DNA of 63,432 nt, filler included, from Craspedostauros australis (GCA_030167865.1; 5 parts of 5 records of this genome joined end to end with filler, not necessarily neighbours in it); one strand, 5' to 3'; positions 21,726 through 34,341 are shown, numbered from the whole stretch's first letter. The notes: generated by a model not told the origin, from the letters alone. Program-made: numbers and translations.

Positions 21726-24297
21726 ATGAAGCTCGCAGTTGCCTCCGCGCTCATGGCCATGTTGGCATCCTCCAGCGATGCCTTCTCGCCATCCTCCGTT
21801 ACAAGGTGCGTTTGGACAGAGGGCCAAGATCGTGCTTTTTGCTGTCTGCCAGGACGCCGACAAGTTGAAGGCTGGATCGTGACACAATGAAAGTCACCAA
21901 GCATCAGCAGCATCATATCACATCATGCTTGTGCATCGGTCGCATCATGGCCGAACATCTCAGCCAATGGCACGGATGCGATGTGATGCCGAATGCACAC
22001 CACCACGGTTCATCTTCACAACAGCACCGCGCGATTCTGGATTCCGCCTCTTGTGCATCGGGATGCGAACCCTTGGTCGTCGACCGAGCATCGCGCCAGC
22101 TGCTTGTCGTCAAAGGGAACCGATCACAACAGAGATGACGATCGCCATTCTCTGGTGCCAACCACTGTCGCATTCTATTTCAGCGAAATAAACCGAAAGA
22201 TGCGTTGGTGTTGGGTTGGAATGAGTGCAATATCCGTCAAACCAATTCCATTCATCGCATTGCTCACATCACTCGCCGCCCACGCGCTTTTCGTTTCCAA
22301 CCAACCTTGATGCCTTTGCAATTTCAACTTCAATTTGTCCCGATGCTGATCACAGATCGGCATCCGGCCTCTCCATGGTCGCCACCAGCCCATCCGGAAC
22401 CTCCACTTCGTCTGGAAGCTCTGACTGGTCGCCAGAGTCCTGGAAGAATGTCCCTATCGCACAGCCACCAAATTTCGAAGAGAAGGAGCTGGATGCCGCT
22501 GTCGAGAAGCTCGAGAAGTGCGCTCCTTTGGTCTTTGCCGGTGAGGTGCGAGCGCTGCACGAGCAGCTCGCACGCGCCTGCACTGGACAGGGCTTCCTCC
22601 TCATCGGAGGTGACTGCGCCGAGGCATTCAACGAGTTCAACGTTGATCACGTGCGTGATACCTTCCGCGTCATGCTCCAGATGTCCCTCGTCCTTGCCTT
22701 CGGTTCTGCTATGCCAGTCATCAAGGTCGGACGTATGGCCGGACAATTCGCCAAGCCACGCAGTGAGCCTAATGAGGTTCAGAACGGTGTCAGCCTCCCA
22801 TCCTACCGTGGAGATATCATCAACCGCGAGGAATTCACACCAGAGGCCCGCCGCCACAACCCAGAGAACATGGTCCAGGCTTACCACCAGAGTGCGCAGA
22901 CCCTCAACATCCTCCGCGCATTCTCCACCGGTGGATATGCCGACATTTCCCGTCTGCACGCATGGAATCTTGACTTCGTCGAGCAAACCGACGAAGGCAG
23001 CCGGTACGTCAACCATGGCCCTGTTACTGTATCGCAATATGGTTTGATCCAATTGTGGTTCGCAACTTGATGTTGGACTAAGGACATTGCTGGCAGTATC
23101 ATGCAGTTTTCGAATGAGCACTTTGAATCATTCAACACCCAGATACTGACACTGACCCAACCACTTTACGACCCTTCCTTGCTTCATTCATCGGCTGCGG
23201 TACTTGGTGTTCGGATCACGATTGTCGCAATTGAATCTGTTACATTCAAAACTGTGCCCCCCACATACCATGTACAACAACAATTTGACAATGGTGCAAT
23301 GGCACGATTCAATTGTTGACATGAATACTGGAACGAAAATGGACAACTGTCATGAATCGCTGCGGCTCTGGCTGTTGACAAACGAAACGGAAACTACGAA
23401 TGTGTTGGAACCACAACTCATGCTCCAATGGAACCGTTCTACCAACGCATCTCGAATTGTTCCCACACGGACCGCAACATCATCATTGCCACCGCTGCTC
23501 AATTGGATTTTTGACACTAATGAAGCTACCGCAAGTTCGCCACCAAGGTCGACGAATCTCTTCGTTTCATGAAGGCCATCGGTGTCGACACCGCAGACGC
23601 CCCCTTCACAAAGACCGACTTTTACACTGCCCACGAGTGCCTGCTCTTGCCGTACGAGCAAGCCTTGACTCGCGAGGACTCCACGACGGGACGTTACTAC
23701 GACTGCTCCGCCCACATGCTCTGGGTCGGAGAGCGTACCAGACAGCTCGACGGTGCGCATTTGGAGTACGTCCGCGGCGTCGGCAATCCGCTCGGAGTCA
23801 AGATCAGCGACAAGTGCACACCAGACGAGCTCATCGAGATCATCGAGACCATGAACCCACAGAACATTCCAGGCCGCCTCACCATTATCGTGCGCATGGG
23901 AGCCGAGAAGCTGAGAAAGAACCTCCCTGGTCTGATCCGCGCAGTCCAGCGGGAAGGCAAGTCCGTTTTGTGGATGTCTGATCCAGTCCACGGCAACACC
24001 CGCAAGACGGAGAATGGATTCAAGACCCGTGACTTCGAGAACATCCGCGCCGAGCTCCGTGCCTTCTTCGATGTCCACGACGAGATGGGATCGCACCCAG
24101 GCGGTGTCCACTTGGAGATGACAGGAGAGGACGTCACCGAATGCGTCGGAGGACTCAGTGACGTCACTGAACAAAGCCTCGGAGATCGTTACCACACCTA
24201 CTGCGATCCAAGATTGAACGGTGCCCAGGCCCTGGAGCTTGCCTTCCTCATTGCCGAGCGCATGAGACAACGAACAGGCCTTCCACCGATCGAGTAA
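21726..24297 (+). CDS. DHS: Class II DAHP synthase, plastid-targeted; exons 21726-21805, 22356-23003, 23526-24297
   Basis: Motifs [77 protein letters not shown] and CDPRLN. Both introns restore the frame. Presequence [24 protein letters not shown]. Confidence 0.95.
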
Positions 24298-24767
24298 GCG
24301 TGCGATGCGAGCATCGGTGTCGTATCGATTAATGCCATAGTGTGAATATCATCATATAGTCCGTCACACTCTGGAGCGGAGACACGTGGATTCAGTACGG
24401 GCCCGCGTCCTCTACAGGGATCAGCAGATGCATGCAGGCATTGCATGGTGCCCAAGCGAGAGCTCTCTTTGTGTGTACGTGCACATGGCAGATGTGTGCG
24501 TGACAAATCTTGGCGCCAAAATCTAGCTTCCTGTGCAATAACACTTGTCGAAAATGGGCTCTGAAATAGAAAATACGAATTGGCTAAATTCAATCTGCGG
24601 ATACGGGAGAGAACACCCGCTGTTTCTGAAGTGGTCATCGAAGGCGACGATGTCACGAACAAACACGAATCCGGAATTTGGCGTGAAACAGCCATCGCAC
24701 CCGCAGAGAACAATAGCGTCAACGGTACAAATCCGCCCAAAAGATCACAACCAAGAAACAGCAAAGG

Positions 24768-24803
<36 letters not shown>
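24768..24803. repeat. (AAC)12 microsatellite in probable 5' UTR
   Basis: Read directly from the sequence. Confidence 0.9.
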
Positions 24804-24804
<1 letters not shown>

Positions 24805-24846
24805 CAAACACCCTCACTCAAGTCACAACCAACGTATTATACAAAG

Positions 24847-27800
24847 ATGCAATCCAACAACACCCAAGCCAGCGATCCAAGCGCATTGCGAGACAACAGA
24901 GCGGCGCCGGCAGCAGCACCCAACGAAGCGGCGGGAGTCCCGTCCTTTGCCGAACCCCACACCAATCCTCCTGCTGAAGATGACACCCGTTCGGCGGATG
25001 AAACGCTGGCGGAAGCCATGGGGCGTCTGTCTGTGCAACAGAAAGAGATAGTCGAGAAGGAGATCGTGGGAAAACTTGGGGTTCCTGCGGAATTCCCACG
25101 ACAGATGAACCCCCTGTTGCAGCAACTGTGTGCACGATTGCAGTCCATCAGGCACAAACCAGCCTTTGACTTTGCTCTGCAACAGAATCCTGCCTTCATC
25201 TATAACGCGCAATTCCTTCGCATGTTTTTGCGCGCTGAAAGGTACAATGTCAACCACGCAGCAGACCGGCTTGTGCGGCACTTCGAAGCCAAGCGAGAGC
25301 TCTGGGGTGATGCCAAGCTCACCAAGAGGATCACCATGGACGACTTCACCGAAGAAGAGAAACCGTTCTTCACCAAGAGAGGTGGCAGCATCCAAATGTT
25401 GCCAATACGGGATCATGCGGGAAGGGCTGTATTCTTCTCCCACGAAGGAGAGAACGCAAATTGCCTCATGGACCAGAACCCTGAGATACACAACGTAAGT
25501 TTCGCACTTCTGCATCAGTCAATGTCTCCGATGTCCATCGGTGGAAGATGTCTGTGAAGCTCGTGTGCTTGGCTCGTAACAGATGTTGCAATACTAGCAC
25601 GTACATCCGCCACCGCGAAGTGCAGTTGGCACATATTCTGATGTATGCAAGTCAATCCGTTGATCACCCCATCTTTCCATCACTTCCTCGGGCCCTGCTC
25701 CAATCCTGCTGCATTCGTTCATACTCTCCTCTCTCCCCATTCCACAGATCCGATTTCTGTGGTACCTTATCATGGCACACATCGAAGACGACGACGAAAC
25801 ACAGATCAATGGAATTGTGTACGTGGGATATGGAGTGGACTCCAAGCCCAAAGGAACCAGGGACGAGTTCAACGTATGGTGGGCGGGATGCAAGGCTGCC
25901 AACGCCATGCCCGTCCGAATTACAGGCTTCCACTACTGCTACCAGGGACTCCTGATGAAACCGTTGGTCAGCCTCGTGGCGTGGGGCCTGAGTCCCATCA
26001 CACGTTGCCGGATCCAAGCAGTCTGCGGTAAGTCAATCCACCCATGCATGCCTACATGTATTCACGTATGGATGCTTTACCGTTCAAACATTCACGTAGA
26101 GTTCGAACAGGCATCCGTTCGATTGAAGCGCAACCAAGTTCTCACCTTTGCGCACGTTTCAAGTACACCTTCACTCACCGATCGTTCTTTGTTCGTTCGT
26201 GCTGTCCCTGCTGTTTGCTTTCAAATCAACGTCACATCGCAGGAAACCATGCCACATGCGTCAAACACTTGAAGAAGTTTGGCATCCCTGTGCACGTCCT
26301 TCCCCTCGACGAGGACTACGCCGCATCATTCAAGCAGAGAGGCGAAAGCAAGAAGAAGTACCTTCCCTTGCTGCTCAATCGTAAGGAATTCGAGAAGTTC
26401 CTGAGTCGCCGCAAGCAGGTTGAGGGGCATCCGACGGCGTACGCTCACCGCATTGAGCTGCTGAGACAGACCGACGTCATTGTTGGAAAGGGAAAGAACC
26501 ATCAGAAGCATCACGGAAACCTCAAATTCGGCAGGCTTGTGAATGAGCGCGTGGCAAGATTGGGCGCGGGACGAAGCAACAAAGAAAAGGGTGATATTGG
26601 CATGGAGGTGGCCAATCAGATGAGGCAGAACGGTATCCGATTCGTCCAGCAGGTGGAAAAGTGTGGGATCTGGCGGCTTGCCGACTGGCTAGCAGTCGAG
26701 AAGAAAGTTCGGAACCTTACAAATCGCATCAAGATCGAGCCCAACAAGAACGAGGGCAACGGCGATGATAGTTCAACCATCGTTGCTTCCAAGAGAGCGA
26801 GAAGCATGCCACCTCATCCTGGCTCATCACCAAATGCAAAGAATCTTGAGACTACCGGCATGCCCGTTGCCAACGAAAACGAAGATGAGGATGAAGGCGA
26901 CGAAGGGCGCGTTGCCACCATGAACAGCCACCAAGCCAGTACGAGTAGCGACCAAGATGCCAAACCAGCAGCCAAACGAAGAGCGACACCGGCAAGCACA
27001 CGCGTACCGGCTCTGGCTCCTGCTGTATCATCATTAGCGATGCAAGCAGGAGCCGTTGATGACGACGAAGTGCAAGTTGTTCAAGTCATCCGGGCCCCGA
27101 CTTCGTCACAGGACCCTGCTGCTGCCGGTGCCATTGCCCCACAAGCACAGACTCCAACGCCATACGGAGATGTGCCTTCTCCCAATTTCCCTCAATATCC
27201 GGCTCATCCGCGAGCTCCAACCTTTGCCGCCCACCAACAAGCAGCAATCCAAGGAAGAGGCGTGCAGATGGGTCAGGCTGGAATGCCAGCAGGCATCACC
27301 CCGAACCCCGCGCAGCTGCCGCCGAACCTGCAAGCGCAACAGGTGAGACCCAACCTACAGGCGTTTGGCCCGCAGCAGCAGCTCCCGACATCTCCAGCCG
27401 ATGGCCTCCCGAATGGCACCATGCCTCAGAACCTTGGTTTTCGGGGCACTGGTACCGTCCCGTTCCAGGGTAGTATCACGGGAGGGAACGTGGTGGGTGG
27501 AATGACGGTGCCAACCAATCTAAATGCAGCTTCGGTCGCGCAGCCGAATCCGGCTGCAGCCGCTGCTCCCAATACCGTCGTGATGCCAGCGAATGCCGGG
27601 ATGTTTCCCAACCTCATGACAGGAGGTGTTGGCGGAGCGACAGCATTCAACCAAGGTACACCAAACATGCAGCTCCCACGGAACCTCACACCAAATCTCA
27701 CCCAAAATATCACGCAGAACATGCAAGCGCCCATGACATCCGCACAGGCGCAAACGCTGACCATGCCTCCACATGGAATGATGGCAGCTCCCAATGCAGC

Positions 27801-28116
27801 TACGGTCGCGCAACCGAATCTAGCCGCAGCCGTTGCTCCCAATACTGTCACGATGCCAACAGCTGCTGGGACCGATCCCAACCTCATGACAAGAGGTATT
27901 GAAGCGACAACATTCAACCAACAGACTAGCTATCTTGTCCAACCAGTCGAGGCGCAACAGGCTGGCTTGATGACGGCCTCCCAAATGGTTGCTTTCATGG
28001 TACAACTCCAACACGAAACTGGTGACTTGCCAACTTGGAGAGCCCGACCGAATGGAAATATTTCCCCCTTGCCTTTGACGCAACCAGGGCAAGAAATTCA
28101 CCGCAAGCAATTGTGA
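24847..28116 (+). CDS. CRAL-TRIO-like + DUF6824-like protein with long Q/P/N/M-rich C-terminus; exons 24847-25494, 25748-26027, 26243-28116
   Basis: Motifs FLRMFLRAERYN..AADRLVRHFEAKRELWG, RDHAGRAV, ETQINGIV, KFGIP and DVIVGKG..HHGN..RF..W..KKV. Two GTAAGT..CAG introns join three ORFs in frame. Confidence 0.8.
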
Positions 28117-29587
28117 GCGCGATACAGAGCTAGTCTCCGCACGTGGAAGCACTCGGCGGATACGACCTACGCTTGGTCTGCTGTATGCCAGCCAATCCTT
28201 CAGGTTCGCGCGATCGGAGAGCTCGAACCGATGTCATAGTCGTACTCGTAGCCGTACGACCAACTATGGCACTCCACGAACATGCATACAATTCACACAC
28301 ATTCCTGTACCATGCGGCATACGCACAGGTCATAGATAAACAGTTATAACAATGACAATGACACAAGAGGTGCATCACATGTGCGGGTAGCTGCCAGGTC
28401 CAGATTGAGAGGAACCTTGGCTCAAGTAGCTCGCGCCTGCCTCCATTCCATCAACGTGCGCAGTGATTGCAAAGTAGAGTCGAGCAGAGAGTCGAGCATT
28501 ACATACGACTACGACCTGCAGATCGCATTCGATGCCCTCACGATAACACGCTGACAATTTGTGTTGAAATAGACTAATCTAGAGCACACCCAAAACCATC
28601 CAAATAAGTGCTTATCATGCTATATCTCAACAACACATCATTTACACTTAAAAATAAACAGTGAATTCAGACACCTTACAATCATTGATTCTGAATATTG
28701 AAGTTAAATTGAGATGAAGTTTCTTTTTTAATGTCATTTTGGCTTGCTGTCTGTGGTGTGGTGGATGCCAAGAAATTCTGGATGACACCCTGCTGCCCTC
28801 CCTTCAGCACCCATGATCATCATCATCCTGTCATTTTCGCAATCTGCGCACCACATTAGCTCTTTACACCCCCCATATATCCACCGCATGAAGCATTCCA
28901 AGTTAGATGTGCATTGCAGATGCTAAATGCTCCCTGCAGTGAAACCCAGAAATTTCGAAAAACTATTTTCAATGTGGATACCATTCATATTTGGATCCGT
29001 ATCTTGTCCATATGGCCCTTTCAGCCCCTCCACATGCCCTCATGAGATCCAATGTTCCCTGGCGACACACTGATACATCCAGAATGGGTGGGTCATTCAT
29101 ACCTCCAAAGGTACACCTCCATGTGATGATGCCATCATGGTGTTTTAGAAGCACCAAAAACGACCCTCTTGTGTGCATTCCTGACTGCAGCCTCTTCCAG
29201 ACAATATCCATGGAGAAGACTTCACCATGATCACCTTAAGTTACTTCTGAACACATCTTGTATGGGTGACTTTTGCAGGGCACCCATCCTTGCTGAAGCC
29301 ACATGATGTGTGTACTACCACCCACCAAAAACTCTTGCCCTCCACTTGTCGAGACGTACATGTGAGTATATGTCGAGATATACGTGTATATGTGCATCTT
29401 TCACCCGTTATTCTCTCATACGCACTTGGACGGTATAACTACACTAGTGTTGATAGTATGCTGTGATTTGTCAGAATTACAGTGGAAATGGAACACACGA
29501 AAATGAGCAGAATTTCTGGAGGAAATTTGCAATCGACGATTTCTGAGAGAATTAGAAATATCGTCCATCCATCCATCAATGGTACCA

Positions 29588-30210
29588 AGAGAATCTCGAG
29601 GTACCTCCCAACTAAACCTCAGATGACGATATCATCTGACAGACTACTGCATCACCAATGAAATGTGACATCTGGAGAGCAGAAGGACGCTTACTGACGT
29701 TGACAGGATGTCATCATGTCACCACGTCGACATCTGTCTCCATGTCAGAGCAGAAGGTGAAGATTTGATGACTGAAGGACATCAAGATCATGGATACAGG
29801 AGGTGAAGTTCAAATGGTAAGTACTCATGGAGTAGGAACCAGTAGTGAATTAACGGAGTGTCAAATGTGGAGTACGCATCGAACACGAAGTATCGTGTAG
29901 CACGAGCACACGATGTTGAGATAGAGAGAATACGAAGAGTAGCGAGAGAGCATTGGGCAGGAGAGTAGACACCAAGAGGATCGGAGTCTCAACGTAATGA
30001 AATAGCAAACAGAACGACTATCAACAACACTGTCTTCCACGATCGTAGGCTTCCAATCACGGAACTTGCCAACAGTGACACAATGGCATCTTGTTGACGT
30101 CAGCTGTCGCTTCCACGGTTCTTCTGATTCTGCATTCCATCGATGATGTCGATGGTCTGGCGAGGATATCGTCATTTGAGGCTTAGTTGGGAAAGACATC
30201 GAGCTTCTCT
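29588..30210. mobile_element. Degenerate non-autonomous inverted-repeat element (MITE/foldback-like), about 620 bp
   Basis: 29588-29633 matches the reverse complement of 30165-30210 at 39/46 positions, with weaker similarity for about 90 more bp inward. No transposase and no clear target-site duplication. Confidence 0.5.
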
Positions 30211-30679
30211 CGATGTCATACATTTGAGGAAATTCATTAACCAGCCCTTTTGAAGTGCCGATTTGCATCAACCAGCCTGTTTTGTGTTTCTTAGCGACTC
30301 AAAACGTCCAAATGTCCATACGACGTCCCGTGGACACAAAATCTCACATCGACTCGCAAGTTTAGGTATAAATGTAGACTACCTGCACTACACACGAAAA
30401 GTATAAGCCACATCATACATGTTTCACATAATCGCCCTAGAATGCAATCAAATAGTCCATTAAAATTTAATGCATCTAGTAAAAGGAATAAGTGCCTACC
30501 TTAGTTGTAGATGTGTACATCATCCATCTGTTTGCTCCAATTCCTTGTGATGCGGATCGTATTCTGACGACACGTTCAATGGAAAGGACAAAAAAATTAC
30601 ATTCTAACAAGCTAAGAGCATGGAGAGCATTCCAATGGGTATATTATTAGCTTGTGGGTATCTAAATCCATCTGGAAGA

Positions 30680-30779
30680 NNNNNNNNNNNNNNNNNNNNN
30701 NNNNNNNNNNNNNNNNNNNNNNNTTAATTAATTAANNNNNNNNNNNNNNNNNNNNNNNNNNNNNNNNNNNNNNNNNNNN
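30680..30779. other. Synthetic assembly spacer
   Basis: N44-TTAATTAATTAA-N44. Confidence 0.97.
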
Positions 30780-31055
30780 GGTGGTGATTGTTGCAGCGGT
30801 TGCGAGTATCATCGTTGCCATCGCGGGAAAAGAGAAGATGAAGTGAGATTGATTGCGAAATGTCATAAGAGTCAGGACAAATGGAGAGAGACATCAATAT
30901 CCACTCTCCATCATGAGCGCGTGGTCGGATCGTCGTTCATTGAACATCCATCGCGTGCATCCGAGCATGCGAAATGAGAATGGAGGTGCACGTCCATTCT
31001 GCTTCGAGCCATCATGCTCGCACATTGCGCCGTCGTCAATAATATCCCTACTTAC

Positions 31056-31726
31056 GTGATGTCCGCCAACGCCCACGCGGTTTCGAACACGAGATCAGCC
31101 GGTGCTTCGTCGTCGCTCATGTACTGCACGAGGAGCTTCATGGCTCCAGACTCCACCACCTGATGCACTGGCGGGTTGTGCTCCACCGATAGCATTCGAC
31201 AGATATTTTTGACGCACTGGATTCTGTTTTGTTCCGTGCAGCCTGGATTGCGGAGAGATGTCATGATCTGTGGCAAGCCAGCGACAGTTGGTGTCGTCGC
31301 AACTGCGCCGGTCGATTCCATGGTTGCGGGTTGCGATGCGGACGCGGCTGGGGTGCGTGTGCGGCGCTTGCTCATCTTGTCCTCCTTCTTCTGCTTGCGC
31401 AGCATGGTTCTTGTTTCCCGTCGACGGCGACTTTCCGCCAGGTTAGCTCTTGCTACCTTGATAGCCTTGCGTTGGTCTGCGCCATCGTCGTTGTCATCAG
31501 TTGGTTGGTTGGTTGGTTTGATTGTTTGTTTGTTTGATCGTTGATGCGAAAGGGATGGAAAGTGTGAGAAGGGCTTGCTTATCAGTTGTTCATCTTCCTG
31601 GATTGATTGTTCGATCGTTGCGTTGTTCAAAATGAGGAGCGTTCATCACACAGATGCTTGTTGCCATTCCAACAGACAGTAGCAAACGCAAAGACACACA
31701 TACATACCTGCGCGTGCTGAGATCAT
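31056..31726 (-). CDS. Importin-alpha-like protein, 5' part (IBB plus first ARM repeats); exons 31726-31708 and 31476-31056; remainder lost at gap
   Basis: Spliced product MISARA-DQRKAIK..ESRRRRE..LRKQKKEDKMSKRR (IBB), then RMLSVEHNPP..VVESG and FETAWAL. Donors GTATGT (31707) and GTAAGT (31055); acceptor CAG ends at 31477. Confidence 0.85.
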
Positions 31727-31812
31727 GGTGGCTAGTGTTGTTGTTGTTGTTGCTGCTGCTGCCGCTGCTGGTTGTGGGCGAGTGAGAATGTGGGGGATGA
31801 GATTCTCTCTGT

Positions 31813-31893
31813 TTTGTGGTTCTGGACTTTGTGGTTCTGGACTTTGTGGTTCTTGACTTTGTGGTTCTTGACTTTGTGGTTCTTGACTTTGTG
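31813..31893. repeat. 15-bp tandem repeat x5 (tttgtggttctKgac) upstream of the importin-alpha-like ATG
   Basis: Read directly from the sequence. Confidence 0.9.
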
Positions 31894-32817
31894 ATGGCTT
31901 CACGTGTGGCCGCAGTTGCAGTTGTGACTGTGGTGATGGGCGCAGATGGTGATTCCGATTCTGATTGGTTTGATTGATTTGATGTGCGAGGAACCAAGTG
32001 CTGGATTTGAAATTGATGCGGACTTGGGAGAGGTGGTTTGGCCATACTCCAAAAACAAACGGCCGCCTCGCCAACGGGCGGAAGATACATGATACTCCAG
32101 CAACGAATGTAACATTGATTTTTTAACCGTCGGAGCCGATCGGCACACCCCTCACGATCGGTTACATTTGGTTACAATTGGTTCCAGATTTTGGATCCAT
32201 TTTTCCCGATCTCAGACTTGAATCTGAAGACACTCAATCGAACATCTCTTTGCATCTTCGTAAACTTAAGAGCCAGGGTTATCCAGGCAAGTAATAACAT
32301 TATCTTGTTGTTACTACTATCCCGTCGATCTTGATGTGTTTGTTGACCCCCTTGGTGTGATCTCGAATGAGTTTGGAACGTTTGTTGTGATGAACGACGG
32401 TTATTTGACGTTAAGTTATTGGCGTGAACTGAATCCTCAAACACGAGCACATGAAGATCGAACCGTTGAATTGACTCGTGTGACTACTACAGTGAAGCGT
32501 CACACAAAGCGAAAACAAAGGGTAACGTGGGTGACAACTCGGTCTTCCCTCTCTTTCTCTGCCATCTTTTGCATCCAGCGATCTGTCCACCAACGTCAAG
32601 ATCGTCGTGCGTTTCTCCCGTCGGAGGGAAGCAAATTCTCCTGCTTCAAACTCCGGCTGCTGTTCCACTTTCGCCTCCACTCTCAGTCTCATCTTCCTGT
32701 CAGAGCTGCAAAGTCTCCTTCGAGAGGAAGAGAGAAAGAGAGAGAGTATGGTATTTGCACGTAGTATACGTGTATCATAATAGTACGAGCCCGCAACCAC
32801 ACATCCTGAGAGCAGAG

Positions 32818-34341
32818 ATGATGTTCCGCGGATCACGCCAGCAGGCAAGGACGATGAATTCGCTTGGCCGCAACGCCGTTGCCAAACGAAGACATCAGAG
32901 CAGCCATCGTCTGATATTCTTCACGGTCATCGGTGCGTTGGTGGTCACCATCATTGGCATCGTGCTCACAGCTCAGAACACCGTGCTCGATGGTGCGGAG
33001 TCGCTTCAGTTCAACCAGCACGCCTTGCAGCAGGAGGATGGGGACATGCACCGTGATCGTCTGCGGCATGGTGCACAAAAGGCAGAGCGAACGAATGGCA
33101 ATGATATCATCGAGATCGCACCCAAAAAGCAATCCGATCCGCTCATGCTGCGCTCCAGCATCAAGACGAATCTCTCGGACGATTTCTTGCTGGATGAGAT
33201 CGTCAAATGGATGAAATCAAACGGCGCCGACATATCGAAGAAGCTCGAGGTCCGCCGTGCCAATCCAGACGACCCAACGTCGGTGCGCGGCGTGTTCGCC
33301 AACCAGGACATGGAGAAGGGCGAGACGCTCTTCACCATCCCGTGGAACGCCCTCGTACATCCCAAACTGACTCATCGCAAGGATGGAAGCATAAATCACA
33401 GCGGCGACTACTGCGAGACCATCGAGCTCGTGTACAGGGACATGAAGTCGCCGACGCCGACACCGTACGGTGAATACATGAAACGTCAGCAACGGAACTA
33501 CCTGCCGACGATGTGGTCGAAGGCAGGCAAGTCCTTGCTGCAGGAGGTGCTTGGCAAGCGCTTGTCGCCATCCAACGAACTCGACACGCATTTGAAACAC
33601 AAATACTACGACGAATGTGAAGAAACGCAGGAGGAGCTGATGAAAGAAGCCGGTTATGACGAGGAGCTGTACGATCACGCCGTCATGATGATCGAATGCC
33701 GCGCCGACGATGAGCTCATGGTGCCGCTGTACGATCTGCTGGCTCACGGCAACGGGCCTCGGCACAACACGCGACACAACGTCCATTACGGTCGCACGTT
33801 CAAGCTGGAAACGAATCAATTCGTCGAGGCCGGGCAGGAGCTCATCAACTCCTACAATCAGTGCAGCAATTGCGGCGACTGGGCGGACAGCGTGACCACA
33901 CCGGAGATGTTCCGCACGTTCGGTTTCGTTGAGAATTACCCGCAGCGGTACACCATCCGCGATCGGGTGGACGACGAGTATCGCATCAAATTCGACATCC
34001 TCCTCAACGACGACACCAACGAACTGGAGGCCAAGTTCTTGGTCCCGCTTTCCAAAGATGGCGTGACCTTCATGCGCACCGAGTTGCGGCGATTGCAAAG
34101 CATCGCGCGACCGGAGCAGAAACCCGAGACGATGCCCATCTGGGAATGGGATGGCACGTGGCAAATGAAGGAGGCCTACGAACGTGCCTTCGAAGCGGCA
34201 TTGGAGAAGGCCAAGACGACGAAGCTGTCGGAGGCAGTTTGGACGAAGACCAAACGAGCATGGCTGCGCCAGCCGTTCGAGTCGTACCGTCACGCAATGG
34301 AAGAGGAAGATGAGAAAGCGTCTGCTGCTTCCGGCGATTAA
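32818..34341 (+). CDS. Type II membrane SET-domain protein of the diatom secretory-pathway type
   Basis: TM LIFFTVIGALVVTIIGIVL; WMKSNGA, RGVFA..KGETLFTIP, MVPLYDLLAH, GQELINSYNQCSNC and TPEMFRTFGFVE. Start codon uncertain (32818, 32821 or 32854). Confidence 0.8.
   Translation: MMFRGSRQQARTMNSLGRNAVAKRRHQSSHRLIFFTVIGALVVTIIGIVLTAQNTVLDGAESLQFNQHALQQEDGDMHRDRLRHGAQKAERTNGNDIIEIAPKKQSDPLMLRSSIKTNLSDDFLLDEIVKWMKSNGADISKKLEVRRANPDDPTSVRGVFANQDMEKGETLFTIPWNALVHPKLTHRKDGSINHSGDYCETIELVYRDMKSPTPTPYGEYMKRQQRNYLPTMWSKAGKSLLQEVLGKRLSPSNELDTHLKHKYYDECEETQEELMKEAGYDEELYDHAVMMIECRADDELMVPLYDLLAHGNGPRHNTRHNVHYGRTFKLETNQFVEAGQELINSYNQCSNCGDWADSVTTPEMFRTFGFVENYPQRYTIRDRVDDEYRIKFDILLNDDTNELEAKFLVPLSKDGVTFMRTELRRLQSIARPEQKPETMPIWEWDGTWQMKEAYERAFEAALEKAKTTKLSEAVWTKTKRAWLRQPFESYRHAMEEEDEKASAASGD

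Noticed and set aside
31052..31054. Premature stop making importin-alpha a pseudogene (similar stops at 5527-5529, 23068-23070 and 25555-25557)
   Set aside because: Each stop lies inside an intron that begins with a canonical GT donor.
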